NCBI RefSeq assembly: GCF_964194025.1 | Contig: NC_134479.1 | Coordinates: 1,736,001-1,800,000, forward strand | DNA: 64,000 bases | From: Convolutriloba macropyga | Lineage: Eukaryota | Reading direction: 5' to 3' | Part shown: positions 38,600-52,395 of the stretch, in pieces | Numbering within the stretch: position 1 is the first letter of the stretch | Layout of the letters: the number at the start of each line of letters is the position of its first letter | The notes under the pieces: generated by a model | Told to the model about the DNA's origin: nothing | Seen by the model: the letters and a program-made list of their open reading frames with translations, nothing else | Database searches by the model: none | Position numbers and translations under genes: made by a program

Positions 38600-41500
38600 T
38601 TAAAGTCAGTAGATATGAAATCGAAAAATTAATACGATCAATTTATGCCTCACTACTAACAAATGAGACCGGTCAACGCCAATATTTAAGTGTTAAGACC
38701 AGAGCAAAAAAACAATAAGGGAAAAATAAAGCCATTAATTTCATTAATTTCATTAATTAAGACAAAGAGTTTCGAAGTCATAAAGTCACACAAATTAAAA
38801 AATACTAAAAACATGCCATTGATGAACGTGAAAAAAAATCACAGAGCACGGGAAATCGCCCAAACACTCCACTTTTGTAGTTCGAAAAACTGAAGTCATC
38901 GATAAACACAAATTAAACTAAAAAAACATTCAACTCAATATACCATTCAGTTCTAAACAGCAAAAGCAGTAAACAAACTGGAGGATAAAGCAAAACAAGA
39001 TATCCTCTTGCGTATAAAGTCAAAAACATCTCACAAATTCCGCCTAAAAAATCAATGTTTACATCAGATTGTATGATATCGTCCGCTCAATTTTGCTAAA
39101 TGACAACCATAAAAAACAATGATACATCAAGAAAAAACCTAGCAAAAAATTTAACAGTCGTTTCCTTTTATAACATGCAGACGTAGCAAACTTCCAATAA
39201 AAAACACAAAACAGAATTAGAAACAGTTTTGATGTTATCATTGCGCATTTAAGCGACACCCATAAGAACTCCAAAAAAAAACAAAAACGAGCAAAACTAA
39301 AATTCTTATGATCAAAATTAAAATTGCAAATAATTAAAAAATTGCAGGAGGTTACAAGTTCAGCCAATTCTCGAATATCCGTGCATTAATGGAAATTATA
39401 CAGATTAAAACAGTCTTCACTTTCTTTTAATAAGTAGGCTTATCGGGCATTAGCTTCAAACCCAATGATAGTCTGCTAACTCGAGAACTCCAAAATTCAC
39501 TAATAAGTTTTTCGTTTAAAACTAATAGCGTCAATATCAGAAAGCTTGATGATATGAACATGAACTATTAATAAGATCAATTTATGCCTCACTACTAATT
39601 AATGAGACCTTTCAACACCAATAATCAAAATTTAAGACGACAGGAAAAAACAATAAAGGAAAAATAAAGCCACTAATTTTTAAAGACAAAGTGTTCCGAA
39701 GTCATAAAAAGCATTTGAAGCAAATGCAATTAGTCTCAATTCGAATGCAGACGTACCACATGATTATCACTCAATTTAAAATATACTAAAAACATGTCAT
39801 ATTGATGCACGGAAAAAAATTCATAGGGCACCGGAAATCGTTCAAACAATTCACTTTTGTAGTTTAAAAAAAATTACGACCCAAACCAATCGTTTCTCCG
39901 TTCCCTTCATACCCCAGCTTGATTAAAATCAGTACCCTAATTTGACTTCTCGATGGAAAGAAATGATCGAAAACAAAGAAAAAAACTCGGATCAAAACAA
40001 GAAACCCACCAATAAAATACGAATCAATGATTCAAAAATCTATGAAACATATTTAGAAGACTCTGAAACCCTTTTCCACTCCCTTTTATACTACAGCCTG
40101 ATTAAAATAAAAACAGTACTCTAATTTGGCTTCTCAATGGCGATAAATAGTCAAAAACAAATAAAGTTAAAACTTAGACCAAAATAGGTACAGCACCAAT
40201 ACAATCCAAATGTCTGAATTGTTAACATAGCCGGCAGATTGTCGGAAGAGCTGCGAAAGAATAGACCTGCGTGCCATATAATAGAGATAGAAACAGAGAC
40301 AGATCTAAATTGAAAAAAAAATCGACACCGCTCAAAAATTTAGGCTAAAAAACATCAGGAAAGCTTGATGATATGAACTCGAACTATTAATAAGATCAAT
40401 TTATGCCTCACGACTAATTAATGAGACCTTTCAACGCCAATACTTAAGCTCTAAGACGACATGAAAAAACAATAAAGGAAAAAAAAGCCAATAATTTTTA
40501 AAGACAAAGAGTTCCGAAGTCATAAAAAGCAAGTGAAGCAAATGCAATTAGTCTCAATTCGAATGCAGACGTACCACATGGTTATCACTCAATTTAAAAT
40601 ATACTAAAAACATGTCATATTGATGCACGGGAAAAAATTCATAGGGCACCGGATATCGTTCAAACACTCCACTTTTGTAGTTTGAAAAAAAAAATTAAAA
40701 CCCAAACCCAATCGTTTCTTCGCTCCCTTTTATACTCCGGCTTAATTGAAATCAGTACTCTAATTTGACTTCTCGATGGAAAGAAATGATCGAAAACAAA
40801 GAAAAAAAACTCGAACCAAAACAAGAACCCCACCAAAACAATAAGAATCTATGAATCATAAATCTATGAAACATATTTAGAAGACTCTGAAACCCTTATC
40901 GACGAGAAGTAAAAGTTAACTGAAGTCACCAATAAACACCAATTAAACTAAAAAAAACATTCAATATACCATTCAGTTTCAAGAAAACCAGTAAACAAAC
41001 TGGAGGATAAAGCAAAATCAGATATGATCTTGCGGATAGAGTCAAAAAAATCTCATATATTGCGCCTAAAAAATCAATGTTTACATCAGATTGTAGGATA
41101 TCGTCCGTTCAATTTTGCCAAATGACAACCATAAAAAACAATGATACATCAAGAAAAAATCTAGCAAAAAATTTAACAATCGTTTCTTTTTATAACATAC
41201 ACAGGTAGCAAACTTCCAACAAAAACACAAACCAGAATTAGAAACAGTTTTGATGTTATCATTGAGCATTTAAGCAACACCAATAAGAACTCGAAAACAA
41301 AACAAAAACGAGCAAAACTAAAATTCTTATGATCAAAATTAAAATTGCAAATAGTTAAAAAATTGCAAGAAGTTAAAGGTTGTTACTACACGAATATCAG
41401 TGCTTTCATGGAAATTATACAAATTAAAACAGCTTTCACTTTATTTTAATAAGGAGGCTTATCAGGCAATAGGCTTATCTTATATAAGTTGCGTTAGCTT

Positions 41501-44500
41501 CAGATCGAATGGTAGTCTGCTAACTCGCAAGCTCCAAAATTCATTAATTTTTTCGTTTAAAACTATTAGCGTCAATATCAGGAAAGCTTGATGATATGAA
41601 CTCGAACTAATAAAAAGATCAATTTATGCCTCACTACTAACTAATGAGACCTGTCAACGCCAATACTTAAGTGTTAAGATGACAGAAAAAAAACAATAAG
41701 GGAAAAAAAAGCTACTTATTTTTAAAGACAGAGTTTCGATGTCATAAAAAGCATTTGAAGCAAATGCAAATAGTCTCAATTCGAATACAGATTTACCACA
41801 TGATTATCACTCAATTTAAAAAAATACTAAAAACATGCCATATTGATGCACAGGAAAAAATTCACAGAGCACCGAAATCGTTCAAACACTCCACTTTTGT
41901 AGTTTTAAAAAAATTAAGAACCAAGCCCAATCGTTTCTCCGCTCCCTTTCATACTCCGGCTTGATTAAAACCAGTACTCTAATTTGACTTCTCGATGGAA
42001 AGAATTGATCGAAAACAAAGAAAAAAACTCGAACCAAAACAAGAACCCCAACAAAACAATACGAATCTATGAATCATAAATCTATGGAACATATTCAGAA
42101 GACTCTGAAACCCTTATCGACGGGAAGTAAAACTTAAATGAATTCATCGATAAACACCAATCAAAATAACAAACATTCAAATCAAAATACCATTCAGCTT
42201 GAAACAGCAAAGGCAGTAAACAAACTGGAGGATAAAGCAAAATAACATATGATCTTGCGTATAAAGTCAAAAATATCTCACAAATTGCGAATAAAAAATC
42301 AATCTTTACATCAGATTGTATGATATCGTCCGTTCCAATTTGCCAAATTACACCCATAAAAAAACAATGATACATCAAGAAAAACCTAGCAAAAACTTAA
42401 CAATCGTTTCTTTTTATAACACGCAGAGGTAGCAAACTTCCAACAAAAAACACAAACGAAAATTAGAAAAAGTTTTGAAATTGTCATTGAGCATTTAGGA
42501 AACACCCTTATAAACTCGATAAAAACAAAAACGAGCAAAACTAAAATTCTTATGATCAAAACTAAAAATGCAAATAATTAAAAAATTGCAAGAAGTTACA
42601 GGTTCAGTTACTACTCGAATATCAGTGCTTTCATGGAAACTATACAAATTAAAACAGTTTTCACTTTATTTTAATGAGGAGGCTTATCTGGCATTAGGCT
42701 TATCTTATATAAGTGGCGTTAGCTTCAGATCAAATGGTAGTCTGCTAACTCGCAAGCTCCAAAATTCACTAATAATTTTTTCGTAGGCTTATCTGGCATT
42801 AGGCTTATCTTATATAAGTGGCGTTAGCTTCAGATCAAATCGTAGTCTGCTAACTCGCAGGCTCCAAAATTCACTAATAATTTTTTCGTTTCAAACGAAT
42901 AGCTTCAAATTCAGGAAAGCTTGAAGATATGAATTCGAACTATTAATAAGATCAATTGGGGCCTCACTACTAATTAATGAGACCTGTGAACGCCAAAACT
43001 TAAGTGTTAAGACGACAGAAAAAAACAATAAGGGAAAAATAAAGCTACTAATTTTTAAAGACAAAGTTTTGATGTCATAAAAAGCATTTGAAGCAAATGC
43101 AAATAGTCTCAATTCGGATACAGATGTACCACGTGATTATCACGCAAATTAAAAAATAGTAAAAGCATTTCATATTGATGCACGGGAAAAAAATTCACAG
43201 AGCACCGGAAATCGTTCAAACAATCCACTTTTGTAGTTTGAAAAAAAAAATACGACCCAAACCGAATCGTTTCTCCGCTCCCTTTTATACTCCAGCTTGA
43301 TTAAAATCAGTACTCTTATTTGACATCTCGATGGAAAGAAATGATCGAAAACAAAGTAAAAACTCGAACTAAAACAAGAACCCCACCAATACAATACGAA
43401 TCTATGAATCATCTATGGAACATATTTAGAAGACTCTGAAACCCTTATCGACGGGAAGTAAAAGTTAACTGAAGTCAACGATAAACACCAATTAAACTAA
43501 AAAAAACACCTCAATATACCATTCAGTTTGAAACAGAAAAGCAATTAACAAACTGGAGGATAAAGCAAAACAAGATATCCTCTTGCGTATAAAGTCAAAA
43601 ATATTCTCACAAATTCCGCCCAAAAAATCAATGTTTGCATCAGATTGTATGATATCGCCCGCTCAATTTTGCTAAATGACAACCATAAAAAACAATGATA
43701 CACCAAGAAAAAACCTAGCAAAAAATTTAACAGTCGTTTCTTTTTATAACATGCAGACGTAGCAAACTTCCAATAAAAACACAAAACAGAAATAGAAACA
43801 GTTTTGATGTTATCATTGCGCATTTAAGCGACACCTATAAGAACTCCAAAAAAAAACAAAAACGAGCAAAACTAAAATTCTTAATTAAAATTTCAAATAG
43901 TTAAAAAATTGCAAGAAGTTACAGGTTCAGTTACTACTCGAATATCAGTGCTTTCATGGAAATTATACAAATTAAAACGGCTTTCACTTTATTTTAATAA
44001 GAAGGCTTATCCGGCAATAGGCTTATCTTATATAAATGGTGTTAGCTTCAGATCGAATGGTAGTCTGCTAACTCGCAAGCTCCAAAATTCATTAATAATT
44101 TTTTCGTTTAAAACTATCAGCGTCAATATCAGGAAAGCTTGATGATATGAACTCGAACTATTAATAAGATCAATTTATGCCTCACGACTAATTAATGAGA
44201 CCTTTCAACGCCAATACTTAAGCTCTAAGACGACATGAAAAAACAATAAAGGAAAAAAAAGCCAATAATTTTTAAAGACAAAGAGTTCCGAAGTCATAAA
44301 AAGCAAGTGAAGCAAATGCAATTAGTCTCAATTCGAATGCAGACGTACCACATGGTTATCACTCAATTTAAAATATACTAAAAACATGTCATATTGATGC
44401 ACGGGAAAAAATTCATAGGGCACCGGATATCGTTCAAACACTCCACTTTTGTAGTTTGAAAAAAAAATTAAAACCCAAACCCAATCGTTTCTTCGCTCCC

Positions 44501-46040
44501 TTTTATACTCCGGCTTAATTAAAATCAGTACTCTAATTTGACTTCTCGATGGAAAGAAATGATCGAAAACAAAGAAAAAAAACTCGAACCAAAACAAGAA
44601 CCCCACCAAAACAATAAGAATCTATGAATCATAAATCTATGAAACATATTTAGAAGACTCTGAAACCCTTATCGACGAGAAGTAAAAGTTAACTGAAGTC
44701 ACCAATAAACACCAATTAAACTAAAAAAAACATTCAATATACCATTCAGTTTCAAGAAAACCAGTAAACAAACTGGAGGATAAAGCAAAATCAGATATGA
44801 TCTTGCGGATAGAGTCAAAAAAATCTCATATATTGCGCCTAAAAAATCAATGTTTACATCAGATTGTAGGATATCGTCCGTTCAATTTTGCCAAATGACA
44901 ACCATAAAAAACAATGATACATCAAGAAAAAGTCTAGCAAAAAATTTAACAATCGTTTCTTTTTATAACATACACAGGTAGCAAACTTCCAACAAAAACA
45001 CAAACCAGAATTAGAAACAGTTTTGATGTTATCATTGAGCACTTAAGCAACACCAATAAGAACTCGAAAACAAAACAAAAACGAGCAAAACTAAAATTCT
45101 TATGATCAAAATTAAAATTGCAAATAGTTAAAAAATTGCAAGAAGTTAAAGGTTGTTACTACACGAATATCAGTGCTTTCATGGAAATTATACAAATTAA
45201 AACAGCTTTCACTTTATTTTAATAAGGAGGCTTATCAGGCAATAGGCTTATCTTATATAAGTTGCGTTAGCTTCAGATCGAATGGTAGTCTGCTAACTCG
45301 CAAGCTCCAAAATTCATTAATAATTTTTTCGTTTAAAACTATTAGCGTCAATATCAGGAAAGCTTGATGATATGAACTCGAACTAATAAAAAGATCAATT
45401 TATGCCTCACTACTAACTAATGAGACCTGTCAACGCCAATACTTAAGTGTTAAGATGACAGAAAAAAAACAATAAGGGAAAAAAAAGCTACTTATTTTTA
45501 AAGACAGAGTTTCGATGTCATAAAAAGCATTTGAAGCAAATGCAAAAAGTCTCAATTCGAATACAGATGTACCACATGATTATCACTCAATTTAAAAAAA
45601 TACTAAAAACATGCCATATTGATGCACAGGAAAAAATTCACAGAGCACCGAAATCGTTCAAACACTCCACTTTTGTAGTTTTAAAAAAATTAAGAACCAA
45701 GCCCAATCGTTTCTCCGCTCCCTTTCATACTCCGGCTTGATTAAAACCAGTACTCTAATTTGACTTCTCGATGGAAAGAATTGATCGAAAACAAAGAAAA
45801 AAACTCGGATCAAAACAAGAAACCCACCAATAAAATACGAATCAATGATTCAAAAATCTATGAAACATATTTAGAAGACTCTGAAACCCTTATCCATTCC
45901 CTTTTATACTACAGCCTGATTAAAATAAAAACAGTACTCTAATTTGGCTTCTCAATGGCGATAAATAGTCAAAAACAAATAAAGTTAAAACTTAGACCAA
46001 AATAGGTACAGCACCAATACAATCCAAATGTCTGAATTGT
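38600..46040. repeat. ~1.22 kb tandem array (about 6 units) with mosaic higher-order identity
   Basis: Anchor AAAGCTTGATGATATGAAC..AAGATCAATTTATGCCTCAC at ~38620 (diverged), 39541, 40360, 41583, 42917, 44134, 45359. Segment 40360-42000 is almost identical to 44134-45775. There is an internal 105 bp duplication at 42680/42785. Confidence 0.92.
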
Positions 46041-46041
46041 T

Positions 46042-47491
46042 AACATAGCCGGCAGATTGTCGGAAGAGCTGCGAAAGAATAGACCTGCGTGCCATATAAT
46101 AGAGATAGAAACAGAGACAGATCTAAATTGAAAAAAAAAATCGACACCGCTCAAAAAGCTAGGTAAAAAACATTCAGCGATAAATTAATAAAGCTTGTTA
46201 AAATTCATCCCGCAGAAGACTCTTATTAGGGACCTTTACGGCACATATGAGTTCCTTTGACCTTAAGCAAATTCAACTTAAACTCAGTTTTAAAGCGCAA
46301 AAGTCATTTTATTGAGTGAGGTAAGTCACTTGCGATCAAAATCTAATCACGTAAAATACTTTTGCTAAAGAGAGTGAGAAATGACGTCATGAACCCAAAC
46401 GCCCTTAGTGCGAAGAAGAAGTCATTCAGAAAATGTGACTTTCTCAGCTTTGCTGTGTGAACAAATTTAAAACGAAAAAGAGCGTCAGACGACGAAAAAA
46501 AACCAATAGCACCGCAATATAGCTCCGCTCAGCTTCGCAGCTACAAAAAACATAGCCGGCAGATTGCGGGAATAGCTGAGAGAGAATAGACCTGCGTGCC
46601 ATTTGCTAGAGATAGAAACAGGTACAGATCTAAATTGAAAAAAAAAATCGACGCCGCTCAAAAAACTAGGCTAAAAACATTCAGCGATAAATTAATAACG
46701 CTTGTTGAGATTCATTCCATAGAAGCCTCTTATTAGGGACCTTTACTGCACATATGAGTTCCTTTGACCTTAAACAAATTCAAAATAAACTTAAGTTTTA
46801 AAGTGCATAAGTCATTTTATTGAGTGAGGTAAGTCATGTATGATCAAAATCTAATCACGCAAATAACCTAAAAACTTTCGCTAAAGCGAGTGAGAAATGA
46901 CGTCACGCGCGCAAATGACGTTAGTGAGAGGAAGAAGTCATTAAGAAAATTTGAATTTTTCAGCTTTGCTGTAACAAATGTAAAACGAAAAAAGAGCGTC
47001 AGACTACGAAACAAAAAAACATAGCAGGACAAGTCCTGACGTACATTTCAAAGAATTCTCATTGAATAAACAGAAAACTAGACCTAGAACGGACTATGAC
47101 TGGATTCCAAAAACGATTTAGAAAAAAATTCATCCAAAAAATAAAAAAACAGTTAAAATCAAAGTGAAATTGCCGCATGTGAACAAAAAACAACTAGCGA
47201 GAAAGCGAATTTTTGTTCAAACACCGTTTTCTCACTCTACTTTAAATTTAGAGCAAAACAATTTCACGCCGCATAACCGATCGCTTTTTCGCTCCACTTA
47301 CAGCTTCGGCGTGATCAAAATCACTACTCCAATTTGACCTCAGAGATCATGAAAATGTGTGAACAGATCTTAAAAAGACAGCGCCCCAATACAATTCAAA
47401 TTCTTTGAATTGTAAAATTTTTTTGAATTGTAAACAAAACCAAGAGCACTGCAATATAGCTACGCTCAGCTTAATAGCTTCGCAGCTATAA
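46042..47491 (-). mobile_element. Head-to-tail pair of F1 body-C elements (46042-46545, 46549-47491); the second carries nested F3 (47018-47415)
   Basis: Junction GCAGCTACAAAAAAACATAGCCGG. Both share body C and cap c (GCACCGCAATATAGCTCCGCTCAGC..CGCAGCTA). Confidence 0.78.
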
Positions 47492-47583
47492 AAAACATAC
47501 TTGGAAGACTCTGGAACCTCAATATTTAAATTCCAAAAAGATACAGGTCCAGGCAATACTTGAATATCAGTGCTTTAATGGAA

Positions 47584-48630
47584 AACATATCCGGCAGATT
47601 GCCGGAAAATAGCCGCCGTTGACTCCAATAAGCATGATTGGGATTGAAAGAATAAACTATTGAAAAAAAAAGATTCTTGTACAAAAACATTTTTTAAGTC
47701 CGATTTATTTTGATGACATTTCGTAGTTGAACATAACGCACTTCTGTTTCTTAGAGAGAGGCTACAGGGGCTACTATTAATACCAATAAGCGTTAGAGAT
47801 GGTAATTAAGACTTATAGGAACGACGTTCACAAAGCGGGCATCTAAACTTGGGCTTTATGGGTTTATCCCGTTTCTACTTCTGACTTCAATTTTTTATAC
47901 TGACTCTGTTCATTTTGAATTGCTTTGCTGAGCAACTGATGTTCAAAATCACTTTTAGCAGAATGGGAGAAGAGAGAAACTAGCCTAGAGAAGTCAAAAA
48001 TATATCACGCAAAATGTTGAAAAAGCGGCAAAATGAGGTAAAACGAAACATTTTTTTATTCGACGAAGTAAAAAAACATAGCAGGACAAGTCCTGACGTA
48101 CAATTCAAAGAATTTTCATTGACTAAACAGAAAACTAGACCTAGAAAGGACTATGAATGGATTGGGAAAACCATTTACAAAAAAATCCGATCCAAAAAAT
48201 CGAAAAAACAGAAAAAATCAGAGTGAAATTGCCGCATGTGAACAAAAAACCACGAGCGAGAAACCGAATTTTTGTTCAGACACCGTTTTCGCACTCTACT
48301 TTAAAAATAGAGCGAAAAAAATTCACGCCTCAAAACCACTTGCTTTTTCGCTCCATTTCCTGTTTCAGCGTGACCAAAATCACCACTCCAATTTGACTTC
48401 AAAAATCATGAAAATGTGTGAACAGATCTTAAAAAAAAAAGACAGCGCCCCAATACAATTCAAATTCTTTGAATTGTAAAAAACCAAGAGAAGGCCAATA
48501 ATAGCCCCAGCTATCGCTCTGCGGCTATTAAAAAAAAAGACAGCGCCCCAATACAATTCAATTTCTTTGAATTGTAAAAAAAAATAGGAGCGCTATAATA
48601 GCCGTCTGAGAAGATGAGGGCGGCTATTAA
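47584..48630 (-). mobile_element. F1 body A with nested F3 (48075-48480) and stacked 5' caps; a second copy lies at 49814-50858
   Basis: Order on +: hairpin end, body A, F3, cap e (48483-48530), lone F3 cap (48538-48577), cap b (48583-48630). Confidence 0.75.
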
Positions 48631-51600
48631 TTATTCAGAGCAAACCGTTTTCAATTTCTTTCAATAAGTAAGATCATCTGGTATTAGCTTCAATTCGAAT
48701 GGTAGTCTTCTCCACGGGAGGAATTGCATTACTAAGTGATCTCTTTCGAAAAGTAGTTTTAGCTCTTAAATTTAGCTCTTAAATTGCTAACCCAGAGGTC
48801 GCCTAAAAATCCAACTCGTTCACTCGTATACTATGGTGCTCGTATACTACGGTGTGATGTTTTCTTGCTTTAAGATGTGATTGAAGAAAGAGTGAACATT
48901 TTTGGAACAGACGAGCTGTTGTTTCTACTCTCACAACTCACTCACGTGTCACAATGCAACACAGAGGCGCCCAGGCGTTTCATCATTCTCCTCTTCTTAA
49001 ACAAACCTTCTTGAATGTGCGAATAAACCAATTCCCGGTTTTGCGATTTAATAGCCGAATATGAGGGGAAACAAAGCATTACATTTATGACAGCAATACA
49101 AAAGCTGAATGGTGTTCCTAAATTTCTTTCTTCAACCAGTTTAGTCAAACCGAACATTATCGCCGAAACAAATCACATTCATAAACAACACGGCTATTTA
49201 GCACCATTTCAAAAGTGTTTAATAAAAACAAACGTGCATTAGGAAAACAAACGAACACAGCAGCGGTGGTCCATTTGAGTCAATGCAACCGTGATTGTAA
49301 AAGGTCAAGAAGCTTTATACGGAATAAAGTTTTCAATATTGAGAGAAGCCAACGTAGCAAGAGTGAAAGAGTGCATTGACAATACATAAGAGGACTGGTG
49401 AGCGAGTCTATGCACTGCACAGAATGTTCCCACATCTGTCTCAATCTCTGCTAACAACTGAGCTGTACTTTGTTCTGAGAGCAAAAACTCTCTTGATTAT
49501 CAGTAGACGCGGAAAACCAGAATGTTTCAACTAGAATAACCAATCGCAAGTTAAAGAGCTGAAACAAAAACTATATAAGAACATTGTAGGAGTTTTTTGG
49601 TTTACGAAGCATAAAAAGCAGTTTGTGAAAACACAAACAAAATATAGGAATGGAAAGTCATGGTAAGCTTCAGAGTTCGCAGAAACTAAAAGGTAAAATA
49701 AAAAATTTTCGGCACCTCTTCTAAACGATTTAATACTGTTGAGTTCTTTACTTTTCAATTGGAATCAGGAGCTACTGCAAAATTTCCCCAATAAAAATCG
49801 TTGAGAAATATAGAACATACCCGGCAGATTGCCGGAAAATAGCCGCCGTTGATTCCAATAAGCATGACTGGGATTGAAATAACAGAAGATATTGAAAACA
49901 AAAAAGATTTTCGTACAAAAACATTTTTTAAGTCCGATTTATTTTGATGGCATTTCGTAGTTGAACATACTTCTGTTTCTTAGAGACAGGCTACAGGGGC
50001 TACTATCAATAACAATAAGCATTAGAGAGAGGTAACTAATACTTATAGGACCGACGTTCAAATAGCGGGCATCTAAAATTGGGCTTTATGGGTTTATCCC
50101 GTTTCTATTTCTGACTTCAATTTTTTATACTGACTGTTCATTTTGAATTGCTTTGCTGAGCAACTGATGTTCAAAATCACTTTTAGCAGAATGGGAGAAG
50201 AGAGAAACTAGCCTAGAGAAGTCAAAAATATATCACGCAAAATGTTGAAAAAGCGGCAAAATGAGGTAAAACGAAACATTTTTTTATTCGACGAAGTAAA
50301 AAAACATAGCAGGACAAGTCCTGACGTACAATTCAAAGAATTTTCATTGACTAAACAGAAAACTAGACCTAGAAAGGACTATGAATGGATTGGGAAAACC
50401 ATTTACAAAAAAATCCGATCCAAAAAATCGAAAAAACAGAAAAAATCAGAGTGAAATTGCCGCATGTGAACAAAAAACCACGAGCGAGAAACCGAATTTT
50501 TGTTCAGACACCGTTTTCGCACTCTACTTTAAAAATAGAGCGAAAAAAATTCACGCCTCAAAACCACTTGCTTTTTCGCTCCATTTCCTGTTTCAGCGTG
50601 ACCAAAATCACCACTCCAATTTGACTTCAAAAATCATGAAAATGTGTGAACAGATCTTAAAAAAAAAAGACAGCGCCCCAATACAATTCAAATTCTTTGA
50701 ATTGTAAAAAACCAAGAGAAGGCCAATAATAGCCCCAGCTATCGCTCTGCGGCTATTAAAAAAAAAGACAGCGCCCCAATACAATTCAATTTCTTTGAAT
50801 TGTAAAAAAAAATAGGAGCGCTATAATAGCCGTCTGAGAAGATGAGGGCGGCTATTAATTATTCAGAGCAAACCGTTTTCAATTTCTTTCAATAAGTAAG
50901 ATCATCTGGTATTAGCTTCAATTCGAATGGTAGTCTTCTCCACGGGAGGAATTGCATTACTAAGTGATCTCTTTCGAAAAGTAGTTTTAGCTCTTAAATT
51001 TAGCTCTTAAATTGCTAACCCAGAGGTCGCCTAAAAATCCAACTCGTTCACTCGTATACTATGGTGCTCGTATACTACGGTGTGATGTTTTCTTGCTTTA
51101 AGATGTGATTGAAGAAAGAGTGAACATTTTTGGAACAGACGAGCTGTTGTTTCTACTCTCACAACTCACTCACGTGTCACAATGCAACACAGAGGCGCCC
51201 AGGCGTTTCATCATTCTCCTCTTCTTAAACAAACCTTCTTGAATGTGCGAATAAACCAATTCCCGGTTTTGCGATTTAATAGCCGAATATGAGGGGAAAC
51301 AAAGCATTACATTTATGACAGCAATACAAAAGCTGAATGGTGTTCCTAAATTTCTTTCTTCAACCAGTTTAGTCAAACCGAACATTATCGCCGAAACAAA
51401 TCACATTCATAAACAACACGGCTATTTAGCACCATTTCAAAAGTGTTTAATAAAAACAAACGTGCATTAGGAAAACAAACGAACACAGCAGCGGTGGTCC
51501 ATTTGAGTCAATGCAACCGTGATTGTAAAAGGTCAAGAAGCTTTATACGGAATAAAGTTTTCAATATTGAGAGAAGCCAACGTAGCAAGAGTGAAAGAGT

Positions 51601-52395
51601 GCATTGACAATACATAAGAGGACTGGTGAGCGAGTCTATGCACTGCACAGAATGTTCCCACATCTGTCTCAATCTCTGCTAACAACTGAGCTGTACTTTG
51701 TTCTGAGAGCAAAAACTCTCTTGATTATCAGTAGACGCGGAAAACCAGAATGTTTCAACTAGAATAACCAATCGCAAGTTAAAGAGCTGAAACAAAAACT
51801 ATATAAGAACATTGTAGGAGTTTTTTGGTTTACGAAGCATAAAAAGCAGTTTGTGAAAACACAAACAAAATATAGGAATGGAAAGTCATGGTAAGCTTCA
51901 GAGTTCGCAGAAACTAAAAGGTAAAATAAAAAATTTTCGGCACCTCTTCTAAACGATTTAATACTGTTGAGTTCTTTACTTTTCAATTGGAATCAGGAGC
52001 TACTGCAAAATTTCCCCAATAAAAATCGTTGAGAAATATAGAACATACCCGGCAGATTGCCGGAAAATAGCCGCCGTTGATTCCAATAAGCATGACTGGG
52101 ATTGAAATAACAGAAGATATTGAAAACAAAAAAGATTTTCGTACAAAAACATTTTTTAAGTCCGATTTATTTTGATGGCATTTCGTAGTTGAACATACTT
52201 CTGTTTCTTAGAGACAGGCTACAGGGGCTACTATCAATAACAATAAGCATTAGAGAGAGGTAACTAATACTTATAGGACCGACGTTCAAATAGCGGGCAT
52301 CTAAAATTGGGCTTTATGGGTTTATCCCGTTTCTATTTCTGACTTCAATTTTTTATACTGACTGTTCATTTTGAATTGCTTTGCTGAGCAACTGA
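47905..52395. repeat. Near-perfect 2228 bp tandem duplication
   Basis: Identical ORF pairs at offset 2228 (48014/50242, 48942/51170, 49531/51759). Breakpoints fall inside homologous Helentron-like copies. Confidence 0.95.

Noticed and set aside
48014-48479. Lys-rich ORFs recurring at 50242-50707, 52745-53014 and 53695-54024
   Set aside because: They lie within A-rich non-autonomous element bodies and are not frame-conserved between copies.
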